A DNA stretch of 64,000 nucleotides from Spirochaetia bacterium. GTDB taxonomy: Bacteria; Spirochaetota; Spirochaetia; CAKZLE01. A model generated the notes under the pieces. It made no database searches. It had not been told where the DNA came from and saw nothing but the letters and a program-made list of their open reading frames with translations. Each line of letters opens with the position of its first letter. The first letter of the stretch is position 1. This document shows, piece after piece, positions 17,105 through 27,693 of this stretch. Position numbers and translations under genes: made by a program. The stretch spans positions 320,001 to 384,000 of the forward strand of contig OY782041.1 in NCBI GenBank assembly GCA_963677595.1, written 5' to 3'.

Positions 17105-18887
17105 CCCAAATTCCCGATAATTTGTAACTAGGAGAGAGGCGTGATGGTTTCGAAGGGATCCTGATCACCCTCATTCACCAGCTTTCCCTTCCAGGAATAC
17201 TGGACACCGAACAGGTCAAAGATAAGGCGCTGAGCTTTGGTCGGGACCGTAAAAACGTCACCATACTTGCCTCGGTAATGAACTTTCGAGTACGTATTTA
17301 CCTTATCCAGTACTTCCTTGTAGTTCCAATACTTGCGCTGCTTCGCAGGAATGAGCTTGATGCGTTCCTTCAGAGCAGTGAGAATAATCAGAGTTATGAA
17401 ATTAACGAAGAGCCTTCCCTGCATCACCTTGTCAGTATGGACTCTCAAGCGATTGCAATCGACAAGATTCTTCATATCATCGAAGAGCAGTTCAATGTCA
17501 TTTCTCTGCCGGTAGGCATATAAAGCCTGAACAGGATCCTTTTCTGCATTGGTATAGAGAACCCAGAATCCGCTTTGCCCATCGATGAAAGCCTGAACTT
17601 CCTGATCCTTAAGAATCACTCTCCTTCCTCTTTTAGGCGTCTCTTTCACTTCGAAGTATCGCTTATAGTACGACTGATGGTATTTAATTGGCTCATTCGC
17701 ATCAAGCTCGGCTTTGCATTTCTGCAGTCGCTCCATCAGACGGGCAACGTCCCGCTCTTTTCTTGCCGCATCGAAATAGACATGAGCCCACATTCTTCCG
17801 TGTTCAGTCTTCCTGATGGTCTTCAAACCATAGATGATGGCATCGGTATCATCCGCAGGAATAAGCGTGTTTGGACGTTGAATGGTACGGCGATGTTTCT
17901 CTATAAGTTCTCTAGCCCAGGTCACGTTCGAAGGAACAGGTATGAGGAATTCGTGACCATGATCGCTCAAATGAGCGATGTTATCGACAGAGCAGAACGC
18001 TCTGTCCCCTATGATCACAGAGGAAGGGATCTCAAGTTTTTTCAGCTGTTCGAGCACCTGTTGAAGAACTATTGAATCGTTCATACTTCCAGGCATTTCT
18101 GAAAACCAGAGAGGAAGGTGAGTTTCATAGGAACTGAGAAGCCCGATATTGATCTGAGGGATCTTTTCTTTGTCTCGGTTATACCCACGCTCTACATAGG
18201 GATTATGCTTCGCATAGCTGGAGATGCTGCTGATGTCGAATAACAGATTCTTCTTTTCCATGTTCTTTCCTATCCAGGAAGAGAAGAATGTGTTCTGAAT
18301 GTCCTTATCAAGTCTTTTCAGGAGTTCGGTGATCCTCTGTGAACAGAGGCTGGAACCATTGAATCCTCGGTCATCAAGCCAGGACTCAGCATAGCTGAGA
18401 GGTCTGCCGGTACAGATTGAGTATTTCGCAAGCTCGAGAACAGAGATCGCATCCTGAGATCCTAATGCCTTTGAAAGAATACGCCCCAGTCCGATGCGCC
18501 TGATGATAGGATCGAGGAGGAGATTCTGACCGAGCAGGGTTGTCTTTGATACAACAGGGACAGGAAGCTCTTTGGCTTGATTCTCTTGCTGCCGGGATAG
18601 GTAAAATGAGTTATAGATGATCTGTCCATGAGTATCAAGCTTACCGATACACTTACGGCTATGACGACCTTGCTTTTTCTCGCTATCCCAATAGGCGGTG
18701 TCTTCGTAGACATACGTGACATTGGATTTCTTGTTGTGGACCTTGATAATTTTGGCGGTATTCCCTGCTTTTGTCATAGTTCTAATTATAACTATGTTTT
18801 ACAGAATATTCAATCACCAAATAGATATCTAATACATATATTTAATGAATTTATGATTCCCTAGTTACAATTTATCGGGAATTTGGG
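17105..18887 (-). mobile_element. IS1634-family element, type B (1783 bp)
   Basis: 28-bp IR CCCAAATTCCCGATAA(T/A)TTGTAACTAGG with 1 mismatch; 7-bp TSD TTAGCAA. Confidence 0.95.
17128..18777 (-). CDS. IS1634-family transposase
   Basis: FDISSISSY, GYNRD, GDRAF, YRQRNDIELLFDDMK. Confidence 0.92.
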   Translation of the reverse strand: MTKAGNTAKIIKVHNKKSNVTYVYEDTAYWDSEKKQGRHSRKCIGKLDTHGQIIYNSFYLSRQQENQAKELPVPVVSKTTLLGQNLLLDPIIRRIGLGRILSKALGSQDAISVLELAKYSICTGRPLSYAESWLDDRGFNGSSLCSQRITELLKRLDKDIQNTFFSSWIGKNMEKKNLLFDISSISSYAKHNPYVERGYNRDKEKIPQINIGLLSSYETHLPLWFSEMPGSMNDSIVLQQVLEQLKKLEIPSSVIIGDRAFCSVDNIAHLSDHGHEFLIPVPSNVTWARELIEKHRRTIQRPNTLIPADDTDAIIYGLKTIRKTEHGRMWAHVYFDAARKERDVARLMERLQKCKAELDANEPIKYHQSYYKRYFEVKETPKRGRRVILKDQEVQAFIDGQSGFWVLYTNAEKDPVQALYAYRQRNDIELLFDDMKNLVDCNRLRVHTDKVMQGRLFVNFITLIILTALKERIKLIPAKQRKYWNYKEVLDKVNTYSKVHYRGKYGDVFTVPTKAQRLIFDLFGVQYSWKGKLVNEGDQDPFETITPLS

Positions 18888-18934
18888 TTAGCAAGATAGT
18901 TCACCCGATTGTGTTGAGTACTGCAAACGTAACA

Positions 18935-18970
18935 CGCCCCTGTATGGAGTGTTCTCTCCATACAGGGGCG
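18935..18970. terminator. Strong hairpin downstream of rubrerythrin
   Basis: CGCCCCTGTATGGAG-N6-CTCCATACAGGGGCG, 15-bp perfect stem. Confidence 0.75.
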
Positions 18971-18992
18971 CTGTATTATGCTTCAGGCAATC

Positions 18993-20168
18993 CTAGTAGT
19001 TCTCTTTCCGTACCTCGAAGAAGCTCTGAGAGAACTTGCAGACAGGGCAGACCTGGGGAGCTTTCTTCCCCATGACCAGGTGACCGCAGATGCGGCATTC
19101 CCACATGGTCTCCTCCCCTTTCTCGAAGACCTGCTGCATCTCGACGTTCTTCAGCAGGGCACGATACCGTTCTTCATGGGACTTCTCGATATCGGCTACA
19201 CGACGGAACCTGGCGGCCAGGTCGGCGAAGCCCTCTTCCTCTGCATCCTTGGCGAACCCGGCATACATCTCGGTCCACTCATAGTTCTCGCCCTCTGCCG
19301 CATGGAGCAGGTTCACTGCGGTCGATCCCAGGTTCCCCAGTTCCTCGTACCAGATCCTTGCGTGTTCCTGCTCATTCCTGGCCGTCTTGAGGAAGATCTC
19401 GGAGAGCTGGTCGTAGCCTTCACGCTGTGCGATGTTGGCGAAGTAGGTATACTTGTTTCTTGCCTGGCTCTCTCCTGAGAACGCCTCCATCAGGTTCTTC
19501 TCAGTCTTCGTTCCTGCATACTTGTTGACAGCAGGTTCCTGCTCCACGATCAGCTCGAAGGCTGAAGCCGGCTGCTTACACTGCGGGCAGGTGAAATCTG
19601 CTGTCAGTTCCCCTTCATGAATATAGCCGCATACGGTACATCGATATCGTTTCATCTTGTTCTCCTCGTTTTGTGAATGTGTGTTGCGTAATGATCGGAT
19701 CAGCTGCTCGGCAGCTGCCCTCGGGAAATCGCCTGACTGGTCAGATGCCGCCAGGTGTTCTACCAGAGTCAGGGCCTCCTGGCTCTGCTGCAGCATGAAA
19801 CCTGCCTCCCTGAGGAAATCCTCCGCCATGAGACGGTTGGACATCTCCACAGCAGCCGCCAGCTGCCTGGCCAGCGGGTCTTCAGAACTCTCCTTGACCT
19901 CCCGGGCGATCAGTTCCTGCTCTGTCTTGCTTTCAGAGAGGATACCGAGCACCTTCTTCACGTCATCAGTCTTCTCCTGCTGTTTCGGGTACTCCTCGGG
20001 CACCAGCGAGATCGCATGGGATGGACAGGCATCCACACACAACCGGCAGCCGCTGATGCACGTGTCCGGGTCTATCTGGCCGGACTCGGTATCAGTGGCA
20101 CCGGTCGGGCATACGAACAGGCAGAGACAGTCCTTCGTACAGAGACGGATATTTCTTACAGCATGCAT
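18993..20168 (-). CDS. Ferredoxin-rubredoxin-rubrerythrin fusion
   Basis: 4Fe-4S Cys motifs, CTVCG...[22 protein letters not shown]-terminal CRICG...CPVC. Confidence 0.9.
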   Translation of the reverse strand: MHAVRNIRLCTKDCLCLFVCPTGATDTESGQIDPDTCISGCRLCVDACPSHAISLVPEEYPKQQEKTDDVKKVLGILSESKTEQELIAREVKESSEDPLARQLAAAVEMSNRLMAEDFLREAGFMLQQSQEALTLVEHLAASDQSGDFPRAAAEQLIRSLRNTHSQNEENKMKRYRCTVCGYIHEGELTADFTCPQCKQPASAFELIVEQEPAVNKYAGTKTEKNLMEAFSGESQARNKYTYFANIAQREGYDQLSEIFLKTARNEQEHARIWYEELGNLGSTAVNLLHAAEGENYEWTEMYAGFAKDAEEEGFADLAARFRRVADIEKSHEERYRALLKNVEMQQVFEKGEETMWECRICGHLVMGKKAPQVCPVCKFSQSFFEVRKENY

Positions 20169-20169
20169 A

Positions 20170-20841
20170 TCAGGCCCCCCTCTGGATCTGTGTCATCTTC
20201 ATATTGGGTACTTTGCAGACCGGGCACACCGCCGGCTTCTCATCCCCGATGAAGATGAATCCGCAGATCTCACAGACATAGACATGCGTATCCTCCAGGA
20301 ATGCAGAGGACGAAGCTTCCAGCCTCGCAAGATGGGCATTGGTCATCCTGGTCACCTGCTCGGCCCATTTCAAGGCACGCAATGCCCCGCGGTCCTTCGC
20401 GGCTCCGGCGACACCGTTCGCAGCGGTGAAATGGGATGAGAGGTCAGCCTCAACCATTGGATTCAGGTCAGAGAGCCCGGAACCACTTTTCGCTCCAGCT
20501 TTCTTCCCGTAGTAGGCTGCCAGCTCCCCATAGAGCGCCGCAGTCTCCGGGTCATACTGCTTCTCACAGCCCTTCTCAAGGTTGGAGAAGATCGCAGAGA
20601 GCTCAGCCTCGGTATAGCTGATCTCATCAGGCAGCGGGATGGCAGCTGCTGCTGCCGGTTCAACCGGTTCAGCCGGCTCTTCCGCCTGCTCCCGAAATTC
20701 CGATTTTGATGCCCCGCATAAGGGGCACTTGAATGAAGCCGGCACATCGTCCCAGACGGTTCCCGGCTGAATGCCTCCTTCAGGGTACCCCGATGATTCA
20801 TCATAGATGAACCCGCAGATCGTACATACATAGTTCTTCAT
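20170..20841 (-). CDS. Rubredoxin-domain protein (two rubredoxin-like domains around a helical core)
   Basis: [10 protein letters not shown]...CPLCG and CEICG...CPVC. Confidence 0.88.
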   Translation of the reverse strand: MKNYVCTICGFIYDESSGYPEGGIQPGTVWDDVPASFKCPLCGASKSEFREQAEEPAEPVEPAAAAAIPLPDEISYTEAELSAIFSNLEKGCEKQYDPETAALYGELAAYYGKKAGAKSGSGLSDLNPMVEADLSSHFTAANGVAGAAKDRGALRALKWAEQVTRMTNAHLARLEASSSAFLEDTHVYVCEICGFIFIGDEKPAVCPVCKVPNMKMTQIQRGA

Positions 20842-21117
20842 ATCGTATTGGTCTCCTTAGATAAAAATTATACGTGATTACCTTGTGATATGCAATATTT
20901 TTAGCATATTCTCATATATAACTCACAAGCAGCCGGTTCATGCTACACCAATCGAGCAGTCCATCTTGTCGAGGCGTTCTTCAGCAGCAACTGATCCCTG
21001 AGTTCAGGGGAACTGCGCTCACCAGGATCCCCGACTCCGCAGGGACGTATGGCTCCTGCCGTTATAGTTTGCCGATACGCCCCTCCTGTCAGTATATTCA
21101 TACTGAGGGAAGCCGTT

Positions 21118-21843
21118 ATGAACGAGGCAGATGCAACCAGAAGGGTCCTCCTCATTGAGGACGACAGGGAGATCGCCAGTGTCGTATCCATGAACCTGGA
21201 GAGTCAGGGGATTGGTACGGAAGAGGCCTATGATGGTCTCACCGGCCTGAAGCGGGCACTCTCAGGAGTATTCTCCCTCATCATCCTGGACATCATGCTC
21301 CCCGGCCTCGACGGCATCAGCCTGTGCCGCAGGATCCGGGAATCCGACCCGGACACCCCGATCCTCATGCTCACAGCCAGGACAGAAGAAATCGACCTGA
21401 TCCTGAGCCTGGAGGTGGGGGCTGATGACTATATGACCAAACCGTTCAGCATGCGGGAGCTCATCGCCAGGATCAATGCTCTGCTCAGGCGTTCAGGAAA
21501 GATCGAGCCTGACCAGAAGGGGATAGAGACCCTTAAGCTCGGGGAGTTCCTCCTTGATACACAGAAGCATCAGGCATTCCTGAGAGGTGAACCGTTGGAC
21601 CTGACGGTGAAGGAGTTCGAGCTGCTGAATCTCTTTATGAGGAATCCCGGCCGGGCCTTCAGCCGTTCGGAATTGCTGAACCGCATCTGGGGCTACAGCT
21701 TCGAGGGGTATGAGCATACCGTCAACACCCATATAAACCGGCTGAGGAACAAGATCGAACCTGATCCGGCCCACCCGGGACACCTCGTGACCGTATGGGG
21801 TATAGGATACCGGTTCTTGGACTTCGAGGAGGGTGAGCCATGA
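21118..21843 (+). CDS. OmpR-family response regulator
   Basis: IEDD, LDIMLP, GADDYMTKPF, winged helix TVWGIGY; start moved to ATG 21118. Confidence 0.95.
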   Translation: MNEADATRRVLLIEDDREIASVVSMNLESQGIGTEEAYDGLTGLKRALSGVFSLIILDIMLPGLDGISLCRRIRESDPDTPILMLTARTEEIDLILSLEVGADDYMTKPFSMRELIARINALLRRSGKIEPDQKGIETLKLGEFLLDTQKHQAFLRGEPLDLTVKEFELLNLFMRNPGRAFSRSELLNRIWGYSFEGYEHTVNTHINRLRNKIEPDPAHPGHLVTVWGIGYRFLDFEEGEP

Positions 21844-23300
21844 TCCTCCGTTCATTCTATGCCAAGGTCTCGCTGCTCTTCCTGCTCCTCGTCCTCATCC
21901 TGGGCGGGATGAGCCTCGTGATCGCCTTCCGTGCATCCCGACACCTCTTCGATGAGGTCGAACAGCTGCTCAACCGGGAATATGCCGCCAGTATCGCATC
22001 AGAGCTGGAAGCGATCGTCGGGGATGACATCTCAAGTGAGGCTGTCCCCGAGGCTATCCACTACATGATGGTCCTCAACCCCATGGTCGAGATCTACCTC
22101 ACCGACAGCGAGGGGACGATCCTCAGCTATTTCGCCGGGGGCGATGATGAGGTGATCAGGAAGAGGATCGACACTGCCCCGCTGGAACGGTTCCAGACCA
22201 GCAGAGGGTATGAGACCATACTCGGGGATGATCCCAGGACAGCAGACAGCAGCAAGCCGTTCTCAGCCGCCCCCCTCCATGCCGCAGGTGAGGACGGATG
22301 GGTCTATGTCATCCTCAGGGGCCAGAGTTACGACCATTCCCTTGCCATGGCACAGTCCAACTACTATATACGAACCGGGTTGACCACGTTCCTCATCGCT
22401 ACACTGGCCACCCTCACCCTCGGGCTCTTCCTATTCTTCCTCCTCACCGGTCGGCTGAGACGGCTCAGCATGGCTGTCGAGGCATTCAAGGATGGGCGGT
22501 ACGACCACAGGATCACCATACAGGGAGATGATGAGATCGCACGGCTGGGGACCGCCTTCAATGAGATGGCTTCCTCCATCGAGAGCGGTATCGAGAGGCT
22601 CAAGGAGGCTGACAGGATGCGGGGGGAACTGGTAGCCAACATCTCCCATGATCTGAGAAGCCCGCTGACCTCCATCAGGGGCCGTCTTGAGTCACTGCTC
22701 CTGAGCGAGAACAACATCTCAGAGGATGAACAGCGGGAATTCATCGCATTGACCCTCCGCACTGTCGCGGGCTTCCAGAGACTGGTAGAGGAGCTGCTTG
22801 ACCTGGCGAGACTGGAAGCCAGGCAGGTCTCACCGGAACGGCTCCCCTTCTCTCCCGCGGAGCTGGTGCAGGATGTGGTCCTGAAGCTGCGTCCACAGTC
22901 TGAGAAGAAACAGATAACCATGGTGTATGACCCGGACCCTGACCTTCCTGCCTACACTGGCGATATCGGGCTCATCGAACGCGCATTGACCAATATCATC
23001 GGGAATGCGGTCGAACACAGCCCGGATGGCGGGACCGTTACCGTTTCCGTGAAGCACATGCACCACAGGTATAGCATCTCGGTGACTGATAGGGGAAGCG
23101 GTATCCCAGAGAAGGACCTTCCCCATATCTTCGAGCGGTTCTACCGGGCAGACAAGAGCAGGGACAGGAGATCCGGGGGGGCAGGCCTCGGGCTGGCCAT
23201 TGCCAGGGAGGTGGTACAGCTCCACGGAGGCACGATCGAGGCACATAATACCAAAGACGGCGGAGCCGTCTTCACTATCACCCTCCCCTGTATTGTTTAA
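21840..23300 (+). CDS. HAMP sensor histidine kinase
   Basis: Two TMs, SHDLRSPL H-box, N/G1/F/G2 boxes. Confidence 0.95.
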   Translation: MILRSFYAKVSLLFLLLVLILGGMSLVIAFRASRHLFDEVEQLLNREYAASIASELEAIVGDDISSEAVPEAIHYMMVLNPMVEIYLTDSEGTILSYFAGGDDEVIRKRIDTAPLERFQTSRGYETILGDDPRTADSSKPFSAAPLHAAGEDGWVYVILRGQSYDHSLAMAQSNYYIRTGLTTFLIATLATLTLGLFLFFLLTGRLRRLSMAVEAFKDGRYDHRITIQGDDEIARLGTAFNEMASSIESGIERLKEADRMRGELVANISHDLRSPLTSIRGRLESLLLSENNISEDEQREFIALTLRTVAGFQRLVEELLDLARLEARQVSPERLPFSPAELVQDVVLKLRPQSEKKQITMVYDPDPDLPAYTGDIGLIERALTNIIGNAVEHSPDGGTVTVSVKHMHHRYSISVTDRGSGIPEKDLPHIFERFYRADKSRDRRSGGAGLGLAIAREVVQLHGGTIEAHNTKDGGAVFTITLPCIV

Positions 23301-23317
23301 CCTTTCTTGCAGGTTAT

Positions 23318-23334
23318 GTGACACTTTCGTGACA
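23318..23334 (+). promoter_or_regulatory. OmpR-type direct repeat upstream of trx-dipZ-msrBA
   Basis: GTGACA-CTTTC-GTGACA, 11-bp period. Confidence 0.7.
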
Positions 23335-23367
23335 ATCGGGGAGTACCTTTCAACCAGGAGGCAACCT

Positions 23368-23856
23368 ATGAAAGTGTTTATATTCTTGACTATTTTAGTA
23401 GTATTTACAGGAACGACCCTCTTCGCAGGCGGCCAGAAAGAGGAACCGCAGGAGTCCGTACCGGCCATGGCACCGGCTGGTTCCATGGTCATGGAGAACA
23501 CCATGACCATGACTGCCGGTGACACAAGCATGGCACAGGGCCCGTTCATCCCCTACCGGGACCCAGCGCAGACCATGATGCTGGCAGAGGGCAAGCCTAC
23601 CGTCCTCTTCTTCAATGCCAGCTGGTGTCCTGACTGCAGGGCCGCACGGGAGGACTTCACCGCACGGGCAGATGAGCTTACCGGGGTGAACCTCATCCTC
23701 GTCGATTATGACAATTCAGATGAGCTCCAAGCGAGATACGGCGTCACCTACCAGCACACCTTCGTCCAGATAGACAGCAATGGCAATGTACTGGCAACAT
23801 GGAACGGCGGCAGCACTGATGAACTCCTGGACCATCTGAGGAAAGAGGAGATGTGA
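23368..23856 (+). CDS. Exported thioredoxin-like protein with Met-rich linker
   Basis: Signal peptide ending FAGGQKE, WCPDC active site, YGVTYQHTF; AGGAGG RBS. Confidence 0.88.
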   Translation: MKVFIFLTILVVFTGTTLFAGGQKEEPQESVPAMAPAGSMVMENTMTMTAGDTSMAQGPFIPYRDPAQTMMLAEGKPTVLFFNASWCPDCRAAREDFTARADELTGVNLILVDYDNSDELQARYGVTYQHTFVQIDSNGNVLATWNGGSTDELLDHLRKEEM

Positions 23857-25553
23857 CCATGGCACTGCTGACGTTCTTCGCCTTTCTGGCAGGCATCGTG
23901 ACGATCCTCTCCCCCTGTATCCTGCCGGTTCTCCCCATCGTCCTCTCGGGGAGCATCGGGGGGAGGCGCAAGCCGCTCGGCATCATCACCGGGTTCATAG
24001 CCAGCTTCAGCCTCTTTACCCTGGCGCTGTCGGCAATCGTACAGACACTCTCCATTCCCCCTGACACACTCCGGTTCGCGGCGGTAGCCATCATCCTGTT
24101 CTTCGGGATCACGTTAGCGATCCCGAAACTGCAGATGAGATTAGAGGGCATCCTCTCGCGTACCGCAAAGAGCAGGAAGGCCTCAAGGAGGCAGGGGTTC
24201 GCCGGCGGGATACTGACAGGCATCAGCCTTGGGCTGGTCTGGACACCCTGTGTCGGGCCGATCATGGCATCGGTCATCAGCCTTGCGGTGAGCCGCCAGG
24301 TGGACGGCGGTGCAGTACTCATCATCGCAGCCTACTCTGCGGGTACAGCTATCCCCATGTTCGCCCTCATGGCAGGAGGCAGGAAGCTCCTTGCCAGGTT
24401 CCCCCGCCTTACTGCCCGTACTGCGGCCATCCAGCGGATCTTCGGCATCATCATGATCGCCGCAGGCCTCTCTATCGCTGCCGGGGTCGACAGGAAGTTC
24501 CAGACATTCGTGCTGGAGGTGTTCCCGAACTACGGGTCCGGACTCACAGCCATCGAGGAGCATGATGCCGTACGGGAAGCTTTGGATGCCAGAAGCGGCC
24601 AGTCTGGCTGGGAGTCCGCAGATACCGGCCTGCTTGGGGACTATGGGGAAGCCCCGCCCCTGATCGCAGGAGGCCCCTGGATCAACAGCGAGAAACCCCT
24701 GTCCATGGAGGGTCTCCGGGGTAAGGTGGTCATCGTGGACTTCTGGACCTACAGCTGTATCAACTGCGTGAGGACCCTGCCCTACCTGCGGGACTGGTAT
24801 GATACCTACTCAGCTTACGGTCTTGAGATCATCGGAGTACACTCGCCCGAGTTCCCCTTCGAGCGGAACATAAACAACGTGAAGAAAGCGGTGGAAGAAC
24901 TCGGGGTCACCTGGCCGGTCGTCCTCGATAACGACTTCGCTCAGTGGAACGCCTACAGCAACCGGTACTGGCCGGCCCACTTCTTCATCGATGCATCAGG
25001 GACCATCCGATACTTCCATTTCGGGGAGGGGGCTTACGAGGAGTCTGAGGCTGTCATCAGGGAGCTGCTCACGGAGGCCGGCTACGAGCTTCCTGATTCA
25101 TCAAGCTCCCCTGAGGCACAGGTACTTGGCAGCCGTACTCCGGAGATCTATCTCGGGTACAGCAGGTCGGAAGGTTTCCTCTCGGATACAACGCTGCATG
25201 ACGAAAAGGCAGCATACCAACTTGCCGCTGACCATGGACGGGGACAGTGGTCCCTCGAAGGTGAGTGGGTCATCAGGAATGATTTCATAGAGATTGACGG
25301 TACCGGCAGCCTTGAGCTCAGCTTCGAGGCAAAAGACCTCTACATCGTCATTGAACCCAGGGATGAGGAGAGCCGGGTGCATATCGAGATCGACGGCATG
25401 ACACCAAGGGACACTCCCGATGTGATGAATGGGCTCCTGAAGCTCGATGAGAGCAGGCTCTACCATCTTGCAGACTTCGATGAGTCTTCAGGGCATCTTC
25501 TCAAACTGACCATAGACGGTCATGTACGACTGTATACCTTCACCTTCGGGTAA
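23853..25553 (+). CDS. dipZ: DipZ-type CcdA-thioredoxin fusion
   Basis: [40 protein letters not shown]. Confidence 0.9.
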   Translation: MTMALLTFFAFLAGIVTILSPCILPVLPIVLSGSIGGRRKPLGIITGFIASFSLFTLALSAIVQTLSIPPDTLRFAAVAIILFFGITLAIPKLQMRLEGILSRTAKSRKASRRQGFAGGILTGISLGLVWTPCVGPIMASVISLAVSRQVDGGAVLIIAAYSAGTAIPMFALMAGGRKLLARFPRLTARTAAIQRIFGIIMIAAGLSIAAGVDRKFQTFVLEVFPNYGSGLTAIEEHDAVREALDARSGQSGWESADTGLLGDYGEAPPLIAGGPWINSEKPLSMEGLRGKVVIVDFWTYSCINCVRTLPYLRDWYDTYSAYGLEIIGVHSPEFPFERNINNVKKAVEELGVTWPVVLDNDFAQWNAYSNRYWPAHFFIDASGTIRYFHFGEGAYEESEAVIRELLTEAGYELPDSSSSPEAQVLGSRTPEIYLGYSRSEGFLSDTTLHDEKAAYQLAADHGRGQWSLEGEWVIRNDFIEIDGTGSLELSFEAKDLYIVIEPRDEESRVHIEIDGMTPRDTPDVMNGLLKLDESRLYHLADFDESSGHLLKLTIDGHVRLYTFTFG

Positions 25554-25570
25554 GGACAAAGGAGCAAGAT

Positions 25571-26779
25571 ATGAGAACGAGACAAGTATTCATCTTCGCA
25601 GTGGTCTTCGTGACCCTGCTGATAACCTTCCCGCTGTTCGCAGGCGGGAAGAAAGAGATCCAGGATGCCCCGGCTATGACACCGGACGCCGGGGAGGCAC
25701 TCCCCCCCCCGGGCTTCGACGGCAGCAGTTGGCAGAAGCCGGCTGATGAACAGTTGCGGCAGGAACTGACCGACCTCCAATACCAGGTGACCCAGCAGGA
25801 GGGGACCGAGCCGGCCTTCCGAAACGAACTGTGGGACAACCATGAGGAGGGCCTCTATGTCGATATCGTATCGGGGGAACCGCTCTTCAGTTCTACTGAC
25901 AAGTTCGACTCCGGTACCGGCTGGCCGAGTTTCACGAAGCCCATAGCAGAAGGGAACATCCTCGAACTCACCGACTCCTCTTACGGGATGGTGCGGACAG
26001 AAGTCCGGAGCCTCTTCGCTGACTCTCACCTCGGCCATGTATTCAATGACGGGCCAGACCCCACGGGCCTTCGCTACTGCATCAATTCCGCCTCTCTCAG
26101 GTTCATCCCTGTAGACCAGATGGAGTCTGCCGGGTACGGCAGCTACCTCTACCTGTTCGGGATGGGACCAGCCAAGGAGGTACAGGAGTTCAGTATACGG
26201 GGACAGCTTCCTGACTGGACGACCATGTATACCGAGGAACAGACAGCATCCGCGGTATTCGCAGGCGGCTGTTTCTGGGGCGTGGAAGCAGTATTCGAAC
26301 AGCTGCAGGGAGTCCTTGCCGTCGATTCCGGCTATGCCGGGGGCGAGGCTGACACAGCCCAGTATTATACTGTTGCATCAGGTACCACCGGGCATGCGGA
26401 ATCGGTGAGGATCATCTATGACCCGAAGCAGATAGACTTTTCAACGCTGCTCGAGGTATTCTTCACCGTAGCCCATGACCCTACCCAGCTCAACTACCAG
26501 GGCCCGGACCACGGGACGCAGTACCGGTCAGCGGTATTCTACGAGAACAATGACCAGAAACTGGAGGCAGAGAAGTATATCGCGCAGCTAACCAAACAGA
26601 AGGTCTACCCTGACCCGATCGTGACTGAAGTATCACCGCTGAGAGCATTCTACCCCGCAGAGGCCTACCACCAGGACTTCCTGAGGCTGAACCCGACTTA
26701 CCCCTACATCACCTACTGGGATATACCCAAGCTCAAGGACCTGAACCGGAAGTTCCCCGAACTGCTGGCTGAAGAATAA
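25571..26779 (+). CDS. msrAB: Exported methionine sulfoxide reductase MsrB-MsrA fusion
   Basis: Signal peptide; GTGWPSF and RYCINS (MsrB); GGCFWG and AEAYHQ (MsrA). Confidence 0.95.
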   Translation: MRTRQVFIFAVVFVTLLITFPLFAGGKKEIQDAPAMTPDAGEALPPPGFDGSSWQKPADEQLRQELTDLQYQVTQQEGTEPAFRNELWDNHEEGLYVDIVSGEPLFSSTDKFDSGTGWPSFTKPIAEGNILELTDSSYGMVRTEVRSLFADSHLGHVFNDGPDPTGLRYCINSASLRFIPVDQMESAGYGSYLYLFGMGPAKEVQEFSIRGQLPDWTTMYTEEQTASAVFAGGCFWGVEAVFEQLQGVLAVDSGYAGGEADTAQYYTVASGTTGHAESVRIIYDPKQIDFSTLLEVFFTVAHDPTQLNYQGPDHGTQYRSAVFYENNDQKLEAEKYIAQLTKQKVYPDPIVTEVSPLRAFYPAEAYHQDFLRLNPTYPYITYWDIPKLKDLNRKFPELLAEE

Positions 26780-26958
26780 AGCTGTGTATTTACAGAAACC
26801 TAGCTGCGAGAGATACATCTACCGCAGCTGGGTTCCTATCGATCCTTGTTCTAGAATCTATTCAGAACGTTCATTAACAAGGGCTCTTTGGAGAAAAACC
26901 ACCACAAAGAACGCCTCATGTACAAATCCCCGAACCCTGCCATATGGTACGGCAGCAG

Positions 26959-27609
26959 TCAGTTCTTCTGTGTGGGAAGCATACAGTTCAGCTGCTGTAT
27001 GATGTCATGGAAGGTATCGTAAGGGAAGTAGGGGATTTCGTGCTTATTAAGGTTCTCGGCAAGCCTGTCGCGGGCAAAGATGATATCAGCAGCTTGTGCC
27101 ATGATGAAATCAGTATAGGAATCACCGATACAGATAGAAGTGTCGTAGCTGTAGCGAGACATAACCTCCCGTTTCCCCACGATCTCTAGGTCAGTCTCAT
27201 AATCAGACCAGTAGCGGACATACTTTTCGTTCAAGTCGACTTCCGCGGTATATAACTGCTGAATCCCGTCCATGAACGGTTCCAGGTTTCTCACCACCAT
27301 CTCCCTGATACCACCAGAGATAACCACAAGGGGAATTTGGTTCTGCTGCAGTACCTTCACAAATTCAGGGAATCCTCGACGAATCGTAAGAGTATCGAAG
27401 AACCACGTGTTCTGCAGGTACTCCTCGACGGGTATACGCGACATCATTTCACGAATTCCGCCTTTCACGGAATAGCCTTCCTGAAGCATCCGTGCCGCTG
27501 CATCCTGAATATCTTCATTGATGAACAGCTGAATAAACTCTTCCAAGCTCTCTTTCTCGGTAATCGTACCGTCAAAGTCTGAAAAAACTATCAGGGGATA
27601 GTGTTCCAA
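26959..27609 (-). CDS. HAD-IB phosphatase, MtnX-like
   Basis: SDFDGTIT, ISGG, K, IGDSYTD, FARD; probable TTG start after GGAGG. Confidence 0.85.
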   Translation of the reverse strand: MEHYPLIVFSDFDGTITEKESLEEFIQLFINEDIQDAAARMLQEGYSVKGGIREMMSRIPVEEYLQNTWFFDTLTIRRGFPEFVKVLQQNQIPLVVISGGIREMVVRNLEPFMDGIQQLYTAEVDLNEKYVRYWSDYETDLEIVGKREVMSRYSYDTSICIGDSYTDFIMAQAADIIFARDRLAENLNKHEIPYFPYDTFHDIIQQLNCMLPTQKN

Positions 27610-27693
27610 GGGACAGCCTCCATGACGCAGTTTCACATGGAAATGGAGGCAGATGGATATCCGCCTCCATTTCATAATCGATTGTACTATGAA

